Origin: Promethearchaeota archaeon
GTDB lineage: Archaea; Asgardarchaeota; Lokiarchaeia; Sigyniarchaeales; SOKP01
Length of the DNA stretch: 64,000 nt
Assembly: GCA_029838195.1 (NCBI GenBank)
Contig: JALGVJ010000004.1
Location: 1-64,000, forward strand
Direction of reading: 5' to 3'
The position numbers were made by a program, and so were the translations under genes. The notes beneath the pieces are model-generated. The model was not told the DNA's origin. It made no database searches and saw only the letters and a program-made list of their open reading frames with translations. Shown in pieces: positions 1 to 9,998 of the stretch; within the stretch, counting starts at the first letter, position 1, and each line of letters opens with the position of its first letter.

Positions 1-123
1 TAATTGGTTTCTTAGCTGTCTTATTACTTCTTCAGAATATTGGAAGATTATATCCGATGCCAGCTCGTCCCGTTCACAATTTTTCGATTCATTAATATAT
101 AATGGATCGTCATGTTTTTTCAA
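1..123 (-). CDS. Possible 5' end of a hypothetical gene running off the window
   Basis: Open minus frame from TTG at 123 (MKKHDDPLYINESKNCERDELASDIIFQYSEEVIRQLRNQL...) to the window edge; no recognisable motif. Confidence 0.3.
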   Translation of the reverse strand, partial: MKKHDDPLYINESKNCERDELASDIIFQYSEEVIRQLRNQL

Positions 124-517
124 CTTTTTGGTGGTTTTGTCGCCAATCTTAGAGCTGGAGCGTAGTAACTGAGATTAATTTGCTACCTTATAAAAAAAAA
201 TAAAATTAATATCGATAATTCTAAAATTAAAATTCCTCAGAATCAGCGGAGTCATCTAGAGATTTGTCAACATACCGTTCTCGTGTTAACCTTTTTGAAT
301 GACAATATTCATGAGCCATAGAAATGGAGGATTGCCCCTGCCTTCACTAAATCATGCACGAACTGAAATGTAATGTCTCAGCATGACCGGAAAATGTTAT
401 GGAAATAAATTTTAATTAAAGGAAAGAAAAAGGCTCATCCATATCCCATGAAGGAAAAAAATTTCTTATAAAGAAGAAGCATTAAATTATTAAATAATAA
501 TAGGTAATAAAAAGACT

Positions 518-1684
518 ATGAACAAGAAAATAAAACCGATCACAAGTCCGCCTTCTAAAGAAGAATTGAGCACCCGCTTAGAGAACGTGCAAGCTCTCAT
601 GAAAGAGCATGACCTGGATTATTACGCGTGTTTTGATCCGGTTAACATTTATTATCTCACGAATTTTGCGTTTTATGTTCATGAACGTCCTTTTATTCTC
701 GTCATCCCCCGAGAGGGCGTGCCCACAATGTTAATTCCTAAACTAGAGAGAGGGCACGTGAAATCGAGAGCACGATGTGAATTAAATTTTGAGGTGTATT
801 TCGAATTTCCATGCAAGTTGGGTGAAAATTGGCATGACCATTACAGTAACCTCATTCCCTCAAGGGCGAATGTAGGAGTAGAGTCTACCATGCCGATGGC
901 AATCGTTAATCACACACCAGGGAAGATACAAGTTTTAGACCTCATAGAGGAAGTTCGAATAATCAAAACGGATTATGAAATCGGAAGGTGCGTTCATGCA
1001 TGTAAAGTGGTGAATAAAGGACATAAAGTGTTATTAAAAAATTGCAAGCCCAAAACCCTCTTATTTGCTCTCTATAAAGAAGCAACCAATGCAATGATTT
1101 CCTATATCATTAAAGATATTCCTAATGCGAATTTTAAGGTCACGGAAACCATGGGGATTGTTTGGCCGCCCTCTATATCCCATGATCCTCATTTAGTTCC
1201 TAAGATTTTTGATTCCATCGAAGAAGGGGGACCTCATGTTTCGATCGTGCAAGCTCAAGTAGATGGCTACGGAGTAGAGATTGAGCGAACATTTTTTATT
1301 GGATCCATACCAGAAAAGGCCATTAAGCCCTTTGAAACCATATTAAAAGCACGGGAATTAGCTTATAGCATGCTGAAGCCGGGAACACTCATGAGTGAAA
1401 TAGATATTAAAGTAAAAAAATTTATCGCGGAACAAGGTTATGGCAATTATATCCTTCATCGGACGGGGCATGGTTTAGGGATAACAGGCCATGAAGCTCC
1501 ATACTTGGCTGAGGGGTATGACCGTCCCTTACGGTCTGGAATGTTAGTTAGCGTAGAGCCCGGAATTTATATTCCCGGGATAGGGGGATTTCGCCATTCT
1601 GACACGGTTTTAATAACCGAAGAGGGATATGAGAAATTCACTAAGGCTCCTGAAACACGAGATGAGGTACTATTAAAAACGTGA
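518..1684 (+). CDS. Xaa-Pro aminopeptidase/dipeptidase (M24 family)
   Basis: Creatinase-like N-domain; HRTGHGLG, HEAP, SVEPGIY and GGFRHSDT motifs. Confidence 0.9.
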   Translation: MNKKIKPITSPPSKEELSTRLENVQALMKEHDLDYYACFDPVNIYYLTNFAFYVHERPFILVIPREGVPTMLIPKLERGHVKSRARCELNFEVYFEFPCKLGENWHDHYSNLIPSRANVGVESTMPMAIVNHTPGKIQVLDLIEEVRIIKTDYEIGRCVHACKVVNKGHKVLLKNCKPKTLLFALYKEATNAMISYIIKDIPNANFKVTETMGIVWPPSISHDPHLVPKIFDSIEEGGPHVSIVQAQVDGYGVEIERTFFIGSIPEKAIKPFETILKARELAYSMLKPGTLMSEIDIKVKKFIAEQGYGNYILHRTGHGLGITGHEAPYLAEGYDRPLRSGMLVSVEPGIYIPGIGGFRHSDTVLITEEGYEKFTKAPETRDEVLLKT

Positions 1685-1692
1685 TTTTTTTT
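1685..1692 (+). terminator. Oligo-T archaeal terminator candidate
   Basis: T8 run directly after the stop codon. Confidence 0.4.
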
Positions 1693-1856
1693 GATCTTAA
1701 ATTGCTCAGTTCTAATGGAAAAAATAAAATTTCATGCACGCTTAAATTTTTATTAACCACTTTTATTATTATTATAACGAATTTTTTAATAGTTAAATTT
1801 TATTTATTGTTATTTTTAAACATTTCAAATATAAAAATAACTAAATAGAAAAAATT

Positions 1857-4358
1857 ATGAGCCTCAAGGAATTTTCTAAGGAGATTTTTACTCGATATGG
1901 ATTAAATGACCAGCAAATTCGGATATACTTGGGTTATTTAAGAGTTCCACGCGCAACGCCCAGTCAAGTCTATTTAATGTTTTCGGAGGAAGATGGTATT
2001 GATTATGAAACCGTCGTGGAAACGACTAATTTTTTGGAAGAAAAGGGATTTCTTAAAAAAATTGAGGGTGCAATTTCGGGACTAAATAGGTACATTCCGC
2101 TTGAACCTTATTTTGAATTATTCGTGAATGAATCGGCTGGATTTAGAGAGGAAATTGCTAAGATTAAAGACGACATCTTAATCGAGCAATCGACTCAATT
2201 TTCCCGCTTAGACGAGGTCCAACAAGAAAAAGTGGGAGAAATTGATTCGACAGTAAGAACTCAAATAAGCGAATTTTTCAAGGATGCGGATAATAAGAAT
2301 GCAGAAGTGAAAAATATCCTTAAGGAAAAAAATGATTTCTTTTCCGCCACGAATAAAACTATCGAAAATAAGCTTCATAAAAACTTGGAAAATACACATT
2401 CCGAACTGAAGGGAGATATTCAAGGTTTAGATACGGAATTAAGTTCCATTTCGGAGACCCACAAGAATTCATTAAAATCATTAGAACAAAAATTACATGA
2501 GGTAAAAGATCTCTTAAATGCGGATTTAAAAAATATATCGAAAGCCTTTGTCGAGGAAAATGAGAAGGAGATTAATTCTGCTAAAGAGGGCATCTCCAAT
2601 ATGGTTGCAGAAATGTTGAAGGATTTTAATGAGCGCACTAAGGATTTAGAGATTGAATTAAAGAAGAATTTAGAGGAGCACGTGGAGAGGCATGCGAGTA
2701 TCGCTAATGAATTAAAACCGCAAATGGAGCAGATTCTTGATAAATATTTGGAGCGCATGGAGAAAATCGTTACGGATTTAAAAAAGCAAATCTCTAAGCT
2801 CTTGAAAACTCATGAAAATCAAATTCAAAATTTCACGAATGCATTAGAAACCAATTTAAAAGCCAAGATTGAAAAACGGCACGAAATCTTGGTAGAGCAA
2901 ACCACTAATTTTAAAAATACTACTTTACGATTAATCGATAATTTGTTGGAACATGCAAACCGTTTCACGGATTTTTCTGAAGATATGGCAAAAAAAGGCT
3001 TTTTCTGGATTGGTAAGAAGCAAAAATATAAAGAAAGAAATGAAGGCGTGATTCGGGATGTACTCACCTATACAAAACCCATGCGTGAATCGTTTACCAC
3101 GGAATGCAATGAATACATGGATCAAACAAGGGCTACCAATAGTGAATTGAAAAATGAAATATCCACCACCTTATCAACTGAAAATGAAAAAATTTTCAAG
3201 GAAACGGAACAATTAAATGACGATGCTCAAAGATCCATTGAAGCTCAATTAGAGATCTTGGCTACAGACATGGCTTCGGAAATAGATACCACGCTTCAAA
3301 AAGGCGTAAAAGATTGTTCTGATACCACCGTTAAATTAAAAGATTCCCTCGAAAGTACCCTTTCGCAGTACAATAAGCAACATGGCGAAGAAATGAGACG
3401 ACATGAAGAAACCACTTTAAGGCATTATACTAATTTTGATAAAGATATTAAAATTAAAAATGAAGATTGGGTTAAAGATGCAGGTGTTAAATTTTCCGCA
3501 GGAAAGAAGGATGTCTCTAACCTCGTGGAATCCATCATCAGTGATATTGATAATTTTATTTCTAAGCGGAAAAAAGTGGAAGAAGAACGATTAAAAAAGA
3601 TACGCACGGATTTTGATGATTCAAAAGCGTTTGTAACAGAAAACATTAATTCACAAATTACCACGTGGAATGAAGCCTCTGCAGACATGGAATCTCAGCT
3701 CGAGAATCTTTTAAATGCCCATAAAACAACATGCCAAGAAAATGCTAGCACTCTCCAGAAGCAATTAACTGAAACGATAGGTAGCACGATTAATGCTGAA
3801 AAAGACATCTTTTCCGATTTTAATGCAAATTTTATCAAGGCAATCAATGACGCAACAGATATTGCAGAAACCAATGAAGAAAAATTAAAAGAAATCTATC
3901 GTGCGTCTGCGGCAATAGAAGAACCCACAAAAATTACCACCTGGCATACGGTGGGAATGAAAGCATTAATTTCTAACATAAAAGACATGATTTATCGCGT
4001 GAAATCCTCTATTATCATCGTTCTACCTGAAGTTATCCCCGAAATTCTTAAATTCGTATCTGAAATTGCTTATCAAAAGAAGGCGGCACGCTTCATGCTC
4101 ACGAGCAATTTTGATCTAAGCGTGTATGGTCCCATTCTTAATAAAATGAAACTCTTAGGCAACATTCAATTTCGCCAATTAGGAACACCCGGAGAATATT
4201 ATGCTGTAACCAGAGATGCTGAAGAAGTCATCATTGCCCCAGCAACTAAAGATGAAGCTCAACTCATTAGCATGGTATCCACTCAAGAATCCTATGCAAA
4301 ATTATATGCTCAATTCATCGGACCTATTTTTACTGCGAATAGTAGGCCAATCAGATGA
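1857..4358 (+). CDS. TrmB-like wHTH + ~600-aa coiled coil + TrmB C-terminal (PLD-fold-like) domain protein
   Basis: N-term YGLNDQQIRIYLGYL..ATPSQV..LEEKGFLKK..RYIPLEP (TrmB wHTH pattern); long E/K/L heptad region; C-term IKDMIYRVKSSIIIVLP...AVTRDAEEVIIAP. Confidence 0.7.
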   Translation: MSLKEFSKEIFTRYGLNDQQIRIYLGYLRVPRATPSQVYLMFSEEDGIDYETVVETTNFLEEKGFLKKIEGAISGLNRYIPLEPYFELFVNESAGFREEIAKIKDDILIEQSTQFSRLDEVQQEKVGEIDSTVRTQISEFFKDADNKNAEVKNILKEKNDFFSATNKTIENKLHKNLENTHSELKGDIQGLDTELSSISETHKNSLKSLEQKLHEVKDLLNADLKNISKAFVEENEKEINSAKEGISNMVAEMLKDFNERTKDLEIELKKNLEEHVERHASIANELKPQMEQILDKYLERMEKIVTDLKKQISKLLKTHENQIQNFTNALETNLKAKIEKRHEILVEQTTNFKNTTLRLIDNLLEHANRFTDFSEDMAKKGFFWIGKKQKYKERNEGVIRDVLTYTKPMRESFTTECNEYMDQTRATNSELKNEISTTLSTENEKIFKETEQLNDDAQRSIEAQLEILATDMASEIDTTLQKGVKDCSDTTVKLKDSLESTLSQYNKQHGEEMRRHEETTLRHYTNFDKDIKIKNEDWVKDAGVKFSAGKKDVSNLVESIISDIDNFISKRKKVEEERLKKIRTDFDDSKAFVTENINSQITTWNEASADMESQLENLLNAHKTTCQENASTLQKQLTETIGSTINAEKDIFSDFNANFIKAINDATDIAETNEEKLKEIYRASAAIEEPTKITTWHTVGMKALISNIKDMIYRVKSSIIIVLPEVIPEILKFVSEIAYQKKAARFMLTSNFDLSVYGPILNKMKLLGNIQFRQLGTPGEYYAVTRDAEEVIIAPATKDEAQLISMVSTQESYAKLYAQFIGPIFTANSRPIR

Positions 4359-4509
4359 GTTAAAAATGCGCAATTAAAAATATTTATTTAATTTTATTTT
4401 CTCTTTTACTTTTTGTTGATGAATTACACTCTAAAAATTGAGAAAAGAAAATTTTATTTATTGAATAAAATTTAGAAAGCCAGTAAAAATAATATAAAAT
4501 TATTCAAGG

Positions 4510-5787
4510 TTAATCCCATGTGGGCTTGACTGAGAGGTCGTCATCCTCCGAGTGAATTCTCTTTAGGTCAATGTCACTATAACCAGGTAATGTATTCAGC
4601 AATAATCTCATGGCATTTTCAATGTCTTTGGAAGAAGTCACGAATCTTCCAACGATTAGGATGTCAGCCTTCATATCGAGAGCATATTTTGCAGTTCTAT
4701 GGTCAATTCCTCCCGCTACGCCCACCAACACTCGATCTCTTCCGGAAACGAGTTTTAAATCCTTGTAGAATTCCTTAATTTTTGAAATGTTTTTCCATTG
4801 CACTTTTTGAGCTTCATCAGAATCCGCATTTCCAATTTCCACGTCGATCGCCCTATGAAGGATGATTACATTAGGAATTTGTTTTAACTGTTTTAATTTT
4901 TCAATGGGATCGTCAAGTTCCATGGTATCAATGAAAGCATAAATGCCCAATCGCTGCGCTTCGAGAATAAATTTGTCGAGTGATTTTGGAGAGGCTAATC
5001 CACTTGCGACTACGGCATCTGCTGTAGCATCAAAGGCAAAATCGACTTCTAATTTACCAACATCAAGTGTTTTCAAATCTGCCACGATGAATTTGTCTTT
5101 GGCTAATTCACGAATCTCACTTATGGCTTCCATGCCATATTTTTTGAGGAACGGTGTTCCGATTTCTAAAATGATGCGGTCGCTTTTAGGTAGTTGCTTG
5201 ACAACTTTTTTTTGGTGTTCCATGGAAGGATGATCTAGCGCAACTTGAATATAAGGAGGTCTCCATAGCCTTGGTACTCGCAAACCTGCCACGGGGTGTT
5301 TGGCCCGATCCTTATCATAAAAGATTTTCTCAATGGGAGGATATTTAGTTAATGCTCTTTTAATGGCCAATTTTGTGGCACCGTAATTATATTGATATAT
5401 TTTTCTATAATCATTGGCTTCCGGATGAATGAATACACTGGCAATGATTACCCATTCTTCAAGCTTGTCAAGAGGAATGATTCCCTCTTCTACAGCATCT
5501 GCAACACCCTTGGCAACAGCGGCTTGGGCCGGTCCAAATATTTTATTAGCATCCTCCATTTTTGAAATGGTTACTTTTGGGATGATGAGAGTATAAGGTT
5601 TCGAAATTAAGTTTGGTCGAATGCACGAGAGGAGGCCTCCGTGTCCCGTGCTAGGCGTGGAAATGCTATTAGCAAAAGAAATGCCAACGGGGCCATTTTT
5701 AGAACCGATTATCAAGTCAACGTGAGCTAAATTACATCCCTCTCCTATCAAGGCTTCTCCCACGTAATACTCCGCAGAGTCCATCAT
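4510..5787 (-). CDS. fae-hps: Bifunctional formaldehyde-activating enzyme / 3-hexulose-6-phosphate synthase
   Basis: GEALIGEG..AHVDLIIG and FGPAQAAVAKGVAD (Fae); QVALD, ILEIGTP, ADLKTLDVG, VAGG (Hps). ATG 5787 preferred over GTG 5796. Confidence 0.93.
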   Translation of the reverse strand: MMDSAEYYVGEALIGEGCNLAHVDLIIGSKNGPVGISFANSISTPSTGHGGLLSCIRPNLISKPYTLIIPKVTISKMEDANKIFGPAQAAVAKGVADAVEEGIIPLDKLEEWVIIASVFIHPEANDYRKIYQYNYGATKLAIKRALTKYPPIEKIFYDKDRAKHPVAGLRVPRLWRPPYIQVALDHPSMEHQKKVVKQLPKSDRIILEIGTPFLKKYGMEAISEIRELAKDKFIVADLKTLDVGKLEVDFAFDATADAVVASGLASPKSLDKFILEAQRLGIYAFIDTMELDDPIEKLKQLKQIPNVIILHRAIDVEIGNADSDEAQKVQWKNISKIKEFYKDLKLVSGRDRVLVGVAGGIDHRTAKYALDMKADILIVGRFVTSSKDIENAMRLLLNTLPGYSDIDLKRIHSEDDDLSVKPTWD

Positions 5788-6017
5788 GATAAACACGTAT
5801 TTATTTTTACAATTATTATAATTTTTATTACTTTATAATTTTCATTCATTAAGGCATTTTGATAAAAACATGTATTCCATGTTAAATATAAAAATATTTA
5901 GTTATTAAGATTTCCATATTTTCTATTTGATTATTATAATTTTTCACGAAGATTAAACATTCATTTTATAGTCCATTATTAAATTTTTTCACGAAAACAA
6001 GATCTTCTCAAAAATTC

Positions 6018-7370
6018 TTATTGAGGTGAGTAGTATTGTTCAATTTTTTTTACCTCTTTCTTTATTTCTAAGAGATCTGCATGAGTAAGCGTGTTAGTCT
6101 CAAAGATCACGTGTTCACAATCATATTTCCTGAAATTTTTTTCTATAATTTTAATTCCAAACTCCTTTTTTTCATTCCATAATCTCGAACCAGGATAAGG
6201 CGTAGCGAGGAAAAAATTAACTTTATCTTCTTTTGTCAAGGGAAGGGATTTAAGAAAATGGAGCGTTTCTTTAAGCGTATCTTTTGTTTCTCCTGGTAAA
6301 CCTACCACGAAATATGCTTGAATGGGAAGCTCGTGTTTTTTTAATAAAATTATTCCTTTTTTAACTTTTTGAGGGTCTTGCTTTTTCAAATTCATTTCTA
6401 ATACGGTTTTGCTTGCGGATTCGATGCCCGTTGCGATTAACTTGCAACCCGCTTTTTTCAACAATTTTACTTGAGGTTCGGTTAATTTGTCGACTCGTAA
6501 TTCGCATCCCCATGGAATGTTAAATTGATTCGTAATAAACATGTTGCAAAATGCTGTAAAAAAATCATTAGAAATGTTCAAATTATCATAGAAATTAATG
6601 TATTCATAAGTTTGCATGGATAATATATCTCTTATCTCAGCTTCAAGGGAGGAAATGCTTCTCAGTCTCACCCGATTCTTAAATAATTTTTGTCTGGTAC
6701 AAAAGGAGCATTGATAAGGACAGCCACGATTAACAATGACATTTGCCACGGTGTAAAAATAATTTTCCGGTTCTAACTTGTATCTTGCGGGTAGGGGTAA
6801 GGAATCCATATCAATTGTTTCATTAGAAAATCCAGTAAAAACGATCTTATTCTTGTCGCCCACGAAGGCCAGCCCCTTAATTTTATTTATCTTTTCTTTA
6901 AATTTTTGGAACATGGTTTTATAATTTGGCATGGAAAGTAGCAGTTTTGATAATTTCAAGAAGGAATATTCTGCCTCTCCAATACATATAAAATCTATTA
7001 TACCTCGATTTCCTCCAAATTGACGCAAGATTTGTTCATGTTGAAAAGAAGCATGGGGGCCTCCTAAAATAACGATTTTTTCCGGATGGTGGGATTTAAT
7101 AGTTCGTGCGATATTAATAGCTAAGTGAAATGTATTTGTTAAGCACGTGATACCAATGATGTGGTATTTTCTTGTTTTTTCTTTGATCAACTCATTTAGA
7201 GAGTTTATCTCAACGGTTCGATATTGCTCCAAATCTAATATATCCACGGGAATATCACGGGAATCGAGAATGGCTGCCAAGTATAAGAGCCCCAAGTTCG
7301 GTTCTCGAACGCAAACCTCTTTTTTGCTGTGATTCTTGCATGTTTTGGGGTTGATTAATAAAATCATCAT
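6018..7370 (-). CDS. Cobalamin-binding radical SAM protein (class B methylase-like)
   Basis: PNLGLLYLAA, LGGPHAS, GEAE (B12-binding domain); RGCPYQCSFC; GIESAS; VGLPGET; TPYPGS. Confidence 0.9.
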   Translation of the reverse strand: MMILLINPKTCKNHSKKEVCVREPNLGLLYLAAILDSRDIPVDILDLEQYRTVEINSLNELIKEKTRKYHIIGITCLTNTFHLAINIARTIKSHHPEKIVILGGPHASFQHEQILRQFGGNRGIIDFICIGEAEYSFLKLSKLLLSMPNYKTMFQKFKEKINKIKGLAFVGDKNKIVFTGFSNETIDMDSLPLPARYKLEPENYFYTVANVIVNRGCPYQCSFCTRQKLFKNRVRLRSISSLEAEIRDILSMQTYEYINFYDNLNISNDFFTAFCNMFITNQFNIPWGCELRVDKLTEPQVKLLKKAGCKLIATGIESASKTVLEMNLKKQDPQKVKKGIILLKKHELPIQAYFVVGLPGETKDTLKETLHFLKSLPLTKEDKVNFFLATPYPGSRLWNEKKEFGIKIIEKNFRKYDCEHVIFETNTLTHADLLEIKKEVKKIEQYYSPQ

Positions 7371-8218
7371 TCATTTTCTTTTTTCGAAGATTTAATCTTA
7401 TTAAATAATTCCATTCGCTCTTGCTCTTCTACAGTAAATTCTGGAGGCGGCATGTGAAACGCTTCTAATAAAGAATTAAAATCTTGTTCCTTGGAAAATT
7501 TTTCTTCCTTATTAATGGGGATTTCTAATTCTAAAGGAGGAGGGATTCCTTCTTTTTTAATAAAGAGTTCGATAGCTTCAATTTTATTATTTTTTATTAA
7601 AATCCGAGTTGAATAATTTTGGTCATCAAAAAAGGTAAAGCCGTTATTTAATCTCCCTAATTTTTCCAGTTTTTTAATTAGTTTTTCCTCTTTAACGAAA
7701 TTTTTAAATATTTCTTCTTCAGAATGGATGGCACCTCCCATTATTATAAATGTTCTTATCATGTTTTCGGGAATGGGTAATTCTTGTAGTTGTTGTACAA
7801 TTTTTTGCATGTTTGAGCTTTTAAAAATGGTTAAATAAGGAGGATTCATTCGCAATTGATCTAAATCTCCAAAATCTTCTTTTTTAATATCTCGTGCTCT
7901 GCCTTTACCAATTTTGTTATTGATGATTTCAAGGAATTTTGGATCTTTTTCTGAAAGCGTGTTTAAAAAATATACTCTATAAAAGAGTTTTAATTGATTT
8001 CTTAATCTATTAGCCAATAACGCACCAAATACTTGAAGCTTGATGGAACTTCCGGGTCCATTCCATATCCAGATTCTTTTCATGATATGGTCAACAATCA
8101 GAAACACTTTTTCTTTTCCTTTTTCCATGATGACATCCTTGATGTATAACCCTTCTAATACCTCTCTGGTTTCCATGTAAGGATATTGGTCAATTTCGTG
8201 AACTTCAAAAACTTGCAT
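7367..8218 (-). CDS. Gelsolin-domain protein (Asgard 1DGelX-like)
   Basis: KVFLIVDHIMKRIWIWNGPGSS gelsolin core motif, followed by a second beta-rich domain (GFTFFDDQNYSTRILIKNNKIEAIELF). Confidence 0.7.
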   Translation of the reverse strand: MQVFEVHEIDQYPYMETREVLEGLYIKDVIMEKGKEKVFLIVDHIMKRIWIWNGPGSSIKLQVFGALLANRLRNQLKLFYRVYFLNTLSEKDPKFLEIINNKIGKGRARDIKKEDFGDLDQLRMNPPYLTIFKSSNMQKIVQQLQELPIPENMIRTFIIMGGAIHSEEEIFKNFVKEEKLIKKLEKLGRLNNGFTFFDDQNYSTRILIKNNKIEAIELFIKKEGIPPPLELEIPINKEEKFSKEQDFNSLLEAFHMPPPEFTVEEQERMELFNKIKSSKKENE

Positions 8219-8333
8219 GATAGATTCTGACCCTTTTTTTCTATATAATTAGTAATATCAATACTCATAAAATTTTTATGAAAAAATACATTAAGAATAT
8301 TAATTGCGCCTTAGTTATAAATAAAAGATTATC

Positions 8334-8738
8334 ATGTCATCGAGAAACGTCGTTTATAAGCTTAACATCTCTGGTGGAAATTCTGGACCCGGTAAGGGGT
8401 TGAGTAAGACTATTCAAATCGATGAAAAGAAGTTTCGATTTGCCGGAATGAAAATTGGCGATGTGATTAAAGGCGAACTCATTGGTTTTCCTAATTATGA
8501 ATTTGAAATCACGGGCGGATCGGACTCCAGTGGTTTTCCCATGAGAAAAGATGTTCATGGTCCCGTGAAAAAAAAAATATTGGTTTCTAAAAGGGGAATT
8601 GGATATCGTCCAAAAAGAAAAGGACAAAAAAAAAGGAAGACCGTGCGAGGAAATGAAATTACGACAGATATGACTCAAATAAATCTAAAAGTCATCAAGT
8701 ATGGAGAAGCAGAATTATTTAAAAAGGAACAGGAATAA
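8334..8738 (+). CDS. rps6e: 30S ribosomal protein eS6
   Basis: GMKIGD, FEITGGSDSSGFPMR, RKTVRGN. Confidence 0.97.
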   Translation: MSSRNVVYKLNISGGNSGPGKGLSKTIQIDEKKFRFAGMKIGDVIKGELIGFPNYEFEITGGSDSSGFPMRKDVHGPVKKKILVSKRGIGYRPKRKGQKKRKTVRGNEITTDMTQINLKVIKYGEAELFKKEQE

Positions 8739-8762
8739 TAAGAAAGGAATGGGTGAAAATAA

Positions 8763-8945
8763 GTGGTAAAACAGCGTAAATGTAGTTTCTGCGGATATCA
8801 AATTCCAATTGGAATGGGTATCATGTACGTAAAACGAGATGGTCAAATATTAAATTTTTGCACGAATAAATGTCGAAAAGCTATGTTGAAATACAAGAAG
8901 AATCCGAGAAAAACCAGATGGACCGCATATTATGGAAAACAATGA
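8763..8945 (+). CDS. rpl24e: 50S ribosomal protein eL24
   Basis: CSFCG..I..G.G.MYVKRDG..FCTNKC..KNPRKTRWT; GTG start after a GGTGA SD. Confidence 0.97.
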   Translation: MVKQRKCSFCGYQIPIGMGIMYVKRDGQILNFCTNKCRKAMLKYKKNPRKTRWTAYYGKQ

Positions 8946-8954
8946 TTTTTTTTT
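8946..8954 (+). terminator. Oligo-T terminator candidate
   Basis: T9 run directly after the rpl24e stop. Confidence 0.45.
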
Positions 8955-9238
8955 CTCAGTTCTTTAAATAACCCTTCATTCATTCCTAATTTGTCATTAA
9001 GTTAATTTTTTCCCGTTTTTCTTTCATTATTCCACATTTTCTTTCATTTTAAGGTATTCTTAAGAATAAAACGGCGATTAATCAAACCCATATTTTCCTC
9101 AATTTTTCTATTTTTGAAATTATAGAAGAATACTAAGGGGTTTTCCCGAAAATCTTTAAAACAACCATTCAAGAATAAAATTTTTTTTGAACCATTCTTT
9201 ATAATCCATAATTCTAAAATTCATGTTGTTGGAAAAAA

Positions 9239-9439
9239 TTGATAATTCCCATTCGTTGCTTTTCTTGTGGAAAATTAATTGCTCACGTGTATGAGCCTTA
9301 CAAGGAATTAATTGAAAAAGGAGAGCCTCCTGAAGAGGTGTTTAAAAAATTAGGTATAAAGAGGTTTTGCTGCAAGCGCATGATTATCGGTCATGTAGAT
9401 CTCATTGATGAATTATTAAAATTTCCCCGGTTACAATAA
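9239..9439 (+). CDS. rpoN: RNA polymerase subunit Rpo10 (N)
   Basis: MIIPIRCFSCGK...RFCCKRM; TTG start. Confidence 0.97.
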   Translation: MIIPIRCFSCGKLIAHVYEPYKELIEKGEPPEEVFKKLGIKRFCCKRMIIGHVDLIDELLKFPRLQ

Positions 9440-9562
9440 AGCTGGTCAAGTACTTTCAAAATCTCTTCAGAGCAATTTTTTAATTCTATTCTCAAGTTCA
9501 TTCTTTTAGCCATTAATCATAAATTTTATTTTGTATAGTATACTTTAGTTCTTACAATAACA

Positions 9563-9608
9563 TCAATGATTAATGAAAATATATTAATATACATATATTT
9601 GAATGAGA
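9563..9608 (+). promoter_or_regulatory. Putative tandem kink-turn in the rpl7ae 5' UTR (L7Ae autoregulatory element)
   Basis: 8-bp stem 9577-9584/9593-9600 closed by tandem GA/GA with an AAU bulge; a second AAU-GA/GA unit with U.U lies outside it; the element ends 4 nt before the ATG. Confidence 0.6.
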
Positions 9609-9612
9609 AATA

Positions 9613-9984
9613 ATGTCTTACGTGAAATTTAAAGTTCCGGATAAATTAAAAAATGTTATAAAAAATACATTAACCAAAATAGCCGAAACGAAGGATTCAA
9701 AAATTCGCAAGGGAATGAATGAAACGACCAAGAGCATTGAAAGAGGAGTGGCAAAATTGGTAATTATTGCTGAAGATGTTTCACCACCGGAAATTGTTTA
9801 TCATCTTCCTCTATTGTGCGAGGAAAAAGGAGTTCCTTATGGATACGTGTCCTCTAAAAAAGAATTAGGAAACGCCGTAAAAATTGGAGTTGCCGCTGCT
9901 GCCGTGGCGATTGAAAATGTAGGAACGGGAAATGAATCTGAATTAGAAAAAATCATTAAAGATCTTGAAAGTTTAAAAAAGTAA
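9613..9984 (+). CDS. rpl7ae: 50S ribosomal protein eL8 / L7Ae
   Basis: [41 protein letters not shown]. Confidence 0.97.
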   Translation: MSYVKFKVPDKLKNVIKNTLTKIAETKDSKIRKGMNETTKSIERGVAKLVIIAEDVSPPEIVYHLPLLCEEKGVPYGYVSSKKELGNAVKIGVAAAAVAIENVGTGNESELEKIIKDLESLKK

Positions 9985-9998
9985 GTGGTTAGGATAAA

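Noticed and set aside
2208-3688. Antisense ORFs inside the coiled-coil gene, and similar shadow ORFs elsewhere (e.g. 17161, 25576, 34688, 43716, 46093, 63639)
   Set aside because: They lie opposite well-supported genes and show no motifs; typical antisense-frame artefacts
1857-4358. SMC/Rad50 call for the coiled-coil protein
   Set aside because: No Walker A/B, ABC signature, hinge or CxxC hook
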